From contig OZ244166.1 of the NCBI GenBank assembly GCA_965216445.1, positions 1,284,013 to 1,348,012 of the forward strand: DNA of 64,000 bases, in the 5' to 3' direction. Below the pieces are notes generated by a model. It made no database searches. It was not told where the DNA came from and was given only the letters and a program-made list of their open reading frames with translations. This document shows positions 58,789 to 64,000 of the stretch, one piece after another. Source of the stretch: Acidimicrobiia bacterium (GTDB lineage Bacteria > Actinomycetota > Acidimicrobiia > Spongiisociales > ZC4RG35). Numbering within the stretch: the first letter of the stretch is position 1; the number at the start of each line of letters is the position of its first letter. Made by a program: the position numbers and the translations under genes.

Positions 58789-60050
58789 GCGTGTATTCGA
58801 TCAGCCCGCCGCAGGCGATTGCTCCTTTCTCAATGCGACCGCCCGGGTCGAAGTCGCACACGATTCGGGCCCTATTCATGGCCGCAGCTGCTGAAGGGCT
58901 GAGTCATGTCGCTCACGGGCTCGAGGCAAGAGACACTGAGGCGGCTATCCGGTGTCTGCGCGGATTCGGCATCGGAGTGAAAGTGGATTCAGGGGGACCG
59001 TGGGAAATCGAGGGGCAAGCCGGAGAGTACAAAACCCCAGAAGATGAGTTGCTCGTGGGGGAGTCAGGTCTCACTGCGCGATTCGCCATGGCTCTAGCAC
59101 CGTTTGTTCCAGGCAGTTTTGTCATCCGGGGGAGTGGAAGGCTCCCACAGCGCCCAATGGGCGGTCTTTTGGAGGCACTGCGCAAAGAAGGTGTAACCGT
59201 TTCAGAGTCGCATCCGTGGCGTCTCGCAGGAGGGGCAGGGTTCGTGAGTCGTGAAGTCAAGGTGGATGCGTCTGAAAGCAGCCAGGTCGTTTCGGCGTTG
59301 CTACACGTAATGCCGCATGGAGGCGGGAACACGACGCTCCGACCTGTTGGCCTGAGCGGTTCGAACCGATATATCGACTTGACGAGACGGGTGATGGATG
59401 CGTTCGGTGTGGCCACGTCCTGGGAGGACCAGGCTTTCACCGTCCACAGCGGTCTATACCGGGCGACCGACTACGACGTACCTGTAGATGCTTCGGCTGC
59501 CGTCTACCCGGCGGTTGCCGCCGCGATCACGGCCAAGGAGGGGCGGATTATCGGTGACATGGCGGGTCATCCCGATCTCTTGATCTTCGAAGCCCTGGAG
59601 AGAATGGGTTGTGAGGTCACAAGAGAAGCAGAGTCCACTGTCGTAAAGGGTCCGGCAGTCCTGAGCCCAATTGACATGGATATGAGCGAAGCGCCTGATG
59701 CGGCGCTCGGTCTCGCAATCGCATGTGCCCGGGCCGACGGAACGTCTTCCATTGGTGGGCTTGGCAGCTTGCGATTCAAGGAATCTGATCGACTCCACGC
59801 ATTGGAATCCGAACTCAGTCGCTATGGATCACACGTTGTAGTCGACGGGGACACTCTCAGAATCCGGCCTGGTCGGGTGCGGCGCGAGGAACTTTGGAGT
59901 CATGGTGACCATCGGATGGCGATGAGTCTCTCTTTGCTCGGGCTCTGCGATGATGGTGTTCTCATTCGCGATCCAGGTGTTGTCGCGAAGACCTGGCCGG
60001 GTTATTGGGATTGGTTTCGGGACCTCGGACCTACGGTGTCTCCGGTCTGA
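58785..60050 (+). CDS. aroA: 3-phosphoshikimate 1-carboxyvinyltransferase (EPSP synthase)
   Basis: PPGSKSHTIRAL, LRFKESDR, and DHRMAMS motifs. 421 aa. Confidence 0.93.
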   Translation: MSVYSISPPQAIAPFSMRPPGSKSHTIRALFMAAAAEGLSHVAHGLEARDTEAAIRCLRGFGIGVKVDSGGPWEIEGQAGEYKTPEDELLVGESGLTARFAMALAPFVPGSFVIRGSGRLPQRPMGGLLEALRKEGVTVSESHPWRLAGGAGFVSREVKVDASESSQVVSALLHVMPHGGGNTTLRPVGLSGSNRYIDLTRRVMDAFGVATSWEDQAFTVHSGLYRATDYDVPVDASAAVYPAVAAAITAKEGRIIGDMAGHPDLLIFEALERMGCEVTREAESTVVKGPAVLSPIDMDMSEAPDAALGLAIACARADGTSSIGGLGSLRFKESDRLHALESELSRYGSHVVVDGDTLRIRPGRVRREELWSHGDHRMAMSLSLLGLCDDGVLIRDPGVVAKTWPGYWDWFRDLGPTVSPV

Positions 60051-60122
60051 TTTGAACGAACACTCAAGAAAGTTCTGGAGATTTCCCTCCCCAACGATCT
60101 GGATTTGCTAAGTTCTACAGCA

Positions 60123-60202
60123 CGGAGAGGTCTTCACCGGTCCTTTGCCCCCATTGTCCAGACAACCCCCATCTAGGACGCCCTTGGGCCGGTGACTCTC
60201 CG
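60123..60202 (+). ncRNA. candidate structured RNA element (C-rich) in the aroA-cmk intergenic region; the strand and any transcription are unverified
   Basis: A 14-bp helix read by hand: CGGAGAG(gtct)TCACCGG at 60123-60140 pairs with CCGGTGACTCTCCG at 60189-60202. It encloses TCCT/AGGA and TTGT-ccag-ACAA stems, flanked by two unpaired C5 runs. No homology search was possible. Confidence 0.3.
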
Positions 60203-60290
60203 CTCTGTGTTTGCGTACCCGATGATGTTCCCCATTAGCACGGATCGGAGGTGGCGTACGAGGTGGCGTTGTCTACCCTCCGGGATCGCA

Positions 60291-60938
60291 ATGGCGCGTA
60301 CCCTCACGATCGACGGACCTGCAGGCACGGGGAAGAGCACCGTTTCCCGCCTTGTCGCACAGCGCCTCGGTATTCCCCATCTTGACACAGGCGCCTATTA
60401 CCGGGCAGCGACCCTTGTCGCCATGCGCTCCGAGGTCGATCTTCAGGACGAACGAGAGGTAGGGCCGGCAGTAGCCCGCGCGTTCTTCGACCAAATCGAA
60501 GGCGCTATGTACGTAGACGGTGAGGATGTCTCACTGTTGATCCGGGACCCCGAGGTGAATCGTCACGTGTCGGTGGTCGCTGCATTTCCATCGGTTCGCC
60601 GCACATTGGTAGAACACCAGAGGAACTGGGTTGAAATGCAAGAGGGTGGTGCAATTGTCGAGGGGCGAGACATCGGTTCTGTTGTTTTTCCAAGTGCGCC
60701 CCTCAAGATCTATCTCGACGCCTCGGCGGAGGTACGAGCGAAACGCAGAGCAATTGAGACCGGCCAGGAGCCGAATCGAGTCCTCGAAGAACAAGGGCGT
60801 CGGGACCATTTGGACTCAACTCGAGCCGACTCCCCACTGGCCGTCCCGGAGGGGGCAGTGGTGATCGATACAGACTCGCTCACGATCGAACAGGTCGTCG
60901 AGGAGATCGTACGACGTGCATATGAGGCTTCGTTCTGA
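60291..60938 (+). CDS. cmk: cytidylate kinase
   Basis: IDGPAGTGKSTVS P-loop directly after the ATG at 60291. The upstream part of the ORF-track model has no Cmk-like sequence. Confidence 0.92.
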   Translation: MARTLTIDGPAGTGKSTVSRLVAQRLGIPHLDTGAYYRAATLVAMRSEVDLQDEREVGPAVARAFFDQIEGAMYVDGEDVSLLIRDPEVNRHVSVVAAFPSVRRTLVEHQRNWVEMQEGGAIVEGRDIGSVVFPSAPLKIYLDASAEVRAKRRAIETGQEPNRVLEEQGRRDHLDSTRADSPLAVPEGAVVIDTDSLTIEQVVEEIVRRAYEASF

Positions 60939-60960
60939 GCGCCCCTACCATGGGTCCGAG

Positions 60961-62010
60961 ATGACAGTCGAACGTGTACTGCTGGCGGAGCCTCGAGGAT
61001 TCTGTGCTGGCGTGGAGATGGCGATCAAGGCCCTCACCTGGATGACGAGGATTTTTGAACCGCCTGTCTATTGCTATCACGAGATCGTCCACAATGAATG
61101 GGTCGTCCGCGCCTTTGAGCAGGTCGGTGTGGTCTTCGTTGACGATATCGACGAAGTCCCACCTGGGGCACCAGTCATGCTGTCAGCACATGGCTCAGCA
61201 CCCGATGTCGTTGCGGGTGCCGGTGAACGAGCTGCCGTCGTCATCGACGCCGTCTGTCCTTTGGTCACCAAAGTGCACCACGAAGTGAAGACGATGTCCT
61301 CAAAAGGCTACGAGATCATCTACGTCGGACACGAAGGCCACGACGAAGCCGTTGGAACGGTCGCCGAGGCGCCGAAGGCGATAACCCTCGTCGAGCCCGA
61401 GACGGGGCTGGGGGATTACCAGCCAGCCGATCCCGAGCGGGTAGCTCTGCTCGCCCAGACGACATTGGGAATGCACGAATGGCGCCAGGTGATGGACGAT
61501 GCACGGGAGCGATTTCCGGAGTTGGCTACAGCGCGAAAGTCCGACCTTTGCTATGCAACAACCAACCGTCAGGGTGCTGTTGAGCAGCTAAGCGGGAAGT
61601 GTGATTTGATACTCGTCGTTGGTTCACATAACTCGTCGAACACCCAGGCCCTGGTGCGGGTGGCGACTGAGAACAACGTTGAGGCACATCGGATCGATTC
61701 TGCTGCAGACATCCAGGATGAGTGGCTTGCCGGCAAAGAAGTCGTGGGCCTGACGGCAGGTGCGAGTGCTCCTGATCACCTCATTGAAGAGGTCATCGAC
61801 CGGCTCAACCCGGCTTTGGGCTTTGAGCTCCTCAAAGTCACCGAAGAGGGTGAATACTTCCCGCTTCCGCCTCAGTTGCGTTCGTTCGTCACGACCCTCC
61901 AGCATCTTGTAGAAGCAGGTGTAACGGCCTCCGGTTCCGGTGGAGCCGGCTATCTGGAGAATGACCGGTCCTGGACCGCCTCCGAGGCGCTCAAGCTCAT
62001 AAGTAGCTGA
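60961..62010 (+). CDS. ispH: 4-hydroxy-3-methylbut-2-enyl diphosphate reductase
   Basis: MTVERVLLAEPRGFCAGVEMAI at the N-terminus, then AVCPLVTKVH and GSHNSSNT. About 35 aa of extra C-terminal tail. Confidence 0.93.
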   Translation: MTVERVLLAEPRGFCAGVEMAIKALTWMTRIFEPPVYCYHEIVHNEWVVRAFEQVGVVFVDDIDEVPPGAPVMLSAHGSAPDVVAGAGERAAVVIDAVCPLVTKVHHEVKTMSSKGYEIIYVGHEGHDEAVGTVAEAPKAITLVEPETGLGDYQPADPERVALLAQTTLGMHEWRQVMDDARERFPELATARKSDLCYATTNRQGAVEQLSGKCDLILVVGSHNSSNTQALVRVATENNVEAHRIDSAADIQDEWLAGKEVVGLTAGASAPDHLIEEVIDRLNPALGFELLKVTEEGEYFPLPPQLRSFVTTLQHLVEAGVTASGSGGAGYLENDRSWTASEALKLISS

Positions 62011-62012
62011 CC

Positions 62013-63326
62013 ATGAATTCGCTTCCTGTCGTTGCCGTGGTCGGTCGGCCGAATGTAGGTAAGTCGACCTTGGTCAACCGGATCATCGGGTCCCGGACAG
62101 CAGTCGTTGAGGAAAGCCCTGGTGTCACCAGAGACCGACGTCGTTTCGAAGCAGACTGGTCGGGGAGAGACTTCCTTTTAATCGATACTGGGGGTTGGGA
62201 GTTGAAACCCGGGACTGGTATCGACGAATCGATCAAACAGCAGGCGGAGGCGGCAGTTAGCGGTGCTGATGTTGTGGTTTTTGTTGTGGATGCCACGACG
62301 GCGTTGTCTGATGACGACACGGGAGTGATATCGGTGCTCCGCGGTGCGGGGGTTCCTGTAGTTCTGGCAGCCAATAAAGTGGACACGGCGGCCGCCGAAT
62401 CGGAAGTCGGTCACCTCTGGGGTCTCGGTCTATCTGAGCCGTACCCGCTGTCTGCTTACCATGGCAGGGGAGTAGGCGACCTCCTCGACCGCGTGGTCGG
62501 CTTCTTACCTGCTGAGCAGGAGGTGACGACTGCACCCAAGAGGACCCGCCTTGCAATCGTGGGTCGGCCCAACGTTGGGAAGTCCACGCTGTTGAACCGT
62601 CTTGTCGGCGAACAGCGTGTGATCGTTTCGGATGTTCCCGGGACGACACGAGATCCGATTGACGTCGACGTCGAGATTGACGGTGTGGACTACACGCTTG
62701 TCGATACGGCCGGAATACGTCGCAAACCACAGATAACCGAAGACGCCGACTTCTATGCGGTTGTCAGAGCTCGCGAGGCCCTAAAAGACGCCGATATCGC
62801 CCTGTTGATGGTCGACGCAACCGAGGGGGTGACCCACCAGGATCAGAGGATTGCGAAAGAAATCGTCGAGGCGGGAACCGGCCTGGTGATTCTGTTGAAC
62901 AAGTGGGACGCGATCGACGATGAACAACGAGCCGAAACCGAACAATCGCTACCCGATCGATTCGGGTTTGTGGAATGGGCACCAGTCATGCGGCTTTCGG
63001 CGGAGACCGGGGCACGTCTCAACAGGTTGGGTCGTTTGGTGGCACATGTCGCCGAGAGCCGGTATGCCCGAATCGGAACTGGCCAGCTGAATCGACTGGT
63101 CCGAGATTGGACTGCAGCGCATCTTCCGCCCGTGAGAAAGGGTCGCCGGCCAAAGATCCATTACGCGGTACAAGCCGGTGTGGCACCCCCGACATTCGTC
63201 TTGTTCCACTCTGGCGGCGATCTTGGGGATGACTACCTCCGCTTCCTGGAGAACAAGTTGAGAGATAACTTCGATTTCACCGGCAACCCGGTCCACATCG
63301 TCACCAGGAAACGGGAGCGTCGATGA
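62013..63326 (+). CDS. der: ribosome-biogenesis GTPase Der (EngA)
   Basis: Two tandem GTPase domains, each with GRPNVGKST, plus a KH-like C-terminus. Confidence 0.95.
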   Translation: MNSLPVVAVVGRPNVGKSTLVNRIIGSRTAVVEESPGVTRDRRRFEADWSGRDFLLIDTGGWELKPGTGIDESIKQQAEAAVSGADVVVFVVDATTALSDDDTGVISVLRGAGVPVVLAANKVDTAAAESEVGHLWGLGLSEPYPLSAYHGRGVGDLLDRVVGFLPAEQEVTTAPKRTRLAIVGRPNVGKSTLLNRLVGEQRVIVSDVPGTTRDPIDVDVEIDGVDYTLVDTAGIRRKPQITEDADFYAVVRAREALKDADIALLMVDATEGVTHQDQRIAKEIVEAGTGLVILLNKWDAIDDEQRAETEQSLPDRFGFVEWAPVMRLSAETGARLNRLGRLVAHVAESRYARIGTGQLNRLVRDWTAAHLPPVRKGRRPKIHYAVQAGVAPPTFVLFHSGGDLGDDYLRFLENKLRDNFDFTGNPVHIVTRKRERR

Positions 63327-63466
63327 CTGATCGGAATGAGGCCGAACTACAGGAAGATATCCCGACACCGTGGTCCTTCAGGATCATGGTTGTTCTGGTG
63401 GCCCTGTATCTGGGATGGCGTCTCGTGCAGGGCGTGGTGTGGCTGTTCCAGGCACTCGGCGGATAA
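63323..63466 (+). CDS. possible 47-aa single-TM protein translationally coupled to der
   Basis: Not in the ORF track. I translated it by hand: MTDRNEAELQEDIPTPWSFRIMVVLVALYLGWRLVQGVVWLFQALGG. The ATG overlaps the der TGA (ATGA). Confidence 0.4.
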   Translation: MTDRNEAELQEDIPTPWSFRIMVVLVALYLGWRLVQGVVWLFQALGG

Positions 63467-63485
63467 GACCGAGCACCTGGATCAG

Positions 63486-63560
63486 TCGGGCTGGGGAGAT
63501 TTGAACTCCCGACCTCCGGTCCCCCAGACCGGCGCGCTAACCAAGCTGCGCCACAGCCCG
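63486..63560 (-). tRNA. tRNA-Pro (anticodon GGG)
   Basis: The reverse complement CGGGCTG-TG-GCGC-AGCTTGGTTA-GCGC-G-CCGGT-CTGGGGG-ACCGG-AGGTC-GGGAG-TTCAAAT-CTCCC-CAGCCCG-A folds as a canonical 75-nt cloverleaf. Confidence 0.92.
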
Positions 63561-63650
63561 GAACTGGGGAAATCCTAGCTCGATCCGGGAACGAATCATC
63601 ATCGTTAAGTCACGCTGAACCGATGCCGATTAATTGTTGGGAGGTGTTCT

Positions 63651-64000
63651 TTGCCCAGCAAAACAATCCGGAGCTTCGGTGCGACCATTGCCCTCGTCGT
63701 TCTGGCGATGCTTGCCCTGAATCAGGCTCAAGCCCCTGGAGATTCGGCCGGAGTCGAGATCCAACCCACGCCTCCTACCACAGCATCCACCTCCGTAACC
63801 ACGGGGCCGACCGAGACATCAGATCGTGATCAGGAGCCCGATGAGCCCTTCACATACCGGGTAGGCGTTCTAGGCCTGCCAAGCACCTCGAACTACTGGT
63901 CCTATTTCGGGGGTTCACCAACGGTCTGGGATGCATATGTGCTGGCACCGACAAAGGCCACCCTGTTTCGTCTGGATCCACATACGTTGACCTTGGAGCC
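63651..64000 (+). CDS. secreted protein, N-terminal part (possibly an ABC-transporter solute-binding protein); it continues beyond the window
   Basis: The frame is open to the window edge, so it is absent from the ORF track. TTG start 6 nt after GGGAGG. The Sec signal peptide is LPSKTIRSFGATIALVVLAMLALNQAQA, followed by a T/P-rich linker. Confidence 0.5.
   Translation, partial: MPSKTIRSFGATIALVVLAMLALNQAQAPGDSAGVEIQPTPPTTASTSVTTGPTETSDRDQEPDEPFTYRVGVLGLPSTSNYWSYFGGSPTVWDAYVLAPTKATLFRLDPHTLTLE

Noticed and set aside
58785-63326. aroA and ispH appearing as insertions into the actinobacterial rluB-cmk-der block.
   Set aside because: aroA-cmk linkage and cmk-ispH(-rpsA) linkage are both widespread in other bacterial phyla. 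This is more likely an ancestral arrangement than a novel insertion. The ~35-aa IspH C-terminal tail is low-complexity.
63336-63578. An 80-aa plus-strand ORF downstream of der.
   Set aside because: It runs straight through the tRNA-Pro gene encoded on the opposite strand (63486..63560), and it is Cys/Trp/Arg-rich. The ATGA-coupled 47-aa ORF in another frame is a better, though still tentative, model.

Overview
This 64-kb window is a high-GC, almost gap-free stretch of core chromosome from an Actinomycetota genome. The compact gene order, a Pup ending in GGE and Tad/Flp pili suggest an Acidimicrobiia-like lineage, but that is inference. Nearly every gene after the first 9 kb is on the + strand, and many neighbours are joined by ATGA, GTGA or TGATG start/stop overlaps.

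Content, left to right:
- the end of a Tad pilus gene, two tandem Flp pilin genes that are too short for the ORF track, and a NarL-type two-component system;
- coaE-uvrB, then an envelope-glycan cluster wrapped around uvrA (three paralogous GT87/DUF2029 membrane glycosyltransferases, a GT2-methyltransferase fusion, two paralogous membrane proteins, UDP-xylose synthase);
- a mazEF-like toxin-antitoxin pair and a methyltransferase placed directly upstream of uvrC;
- rapZ-yvcK fused to pgk-tpiA-gpmA-secG, with no whiA or gap between them, followed by tRNA-Leu;
- an MFS transporter, an orphan lipoprotein and several small membrane proteins;
- the complete Pup-proteasome locus (trmI, arc, dop, pup, prcB, prcA, pafA, pafB, pafC), then tatA, tatC and helY;
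- housekeeping genes from a lipid kinase through ppm1, nadK, recN, pyrG, ald, xerD, scpAB, rluB, aroA, cmk, ispH and der, then tRNA-Pro and the start of a secreted protein.

I saw no rRNA, CRISPR array, transposase, integrase (other than XerD) or phage genes.

The most unusual signals are non-coding:
1. A 130-bp unit repeated about 2.9 times is fused to the 3' end of tRNA-Leu. Each unit carries a degenerate tRNA 3' fragment, a terminator hairpin and a 42-nt hairpin.
2. The tRNA-Leu anticodon loop reads as AAG, meaning A at position 34.
3. An 80-nt helix with two unpaired C5 tracts sits in the only long intergenic gap, between aroA and cmk.
4. A hairpin plus T6 tract overlaps the pyrG start codon.

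All functional calls rest on motifs and synteny that I recognised by eye. No database search was run.
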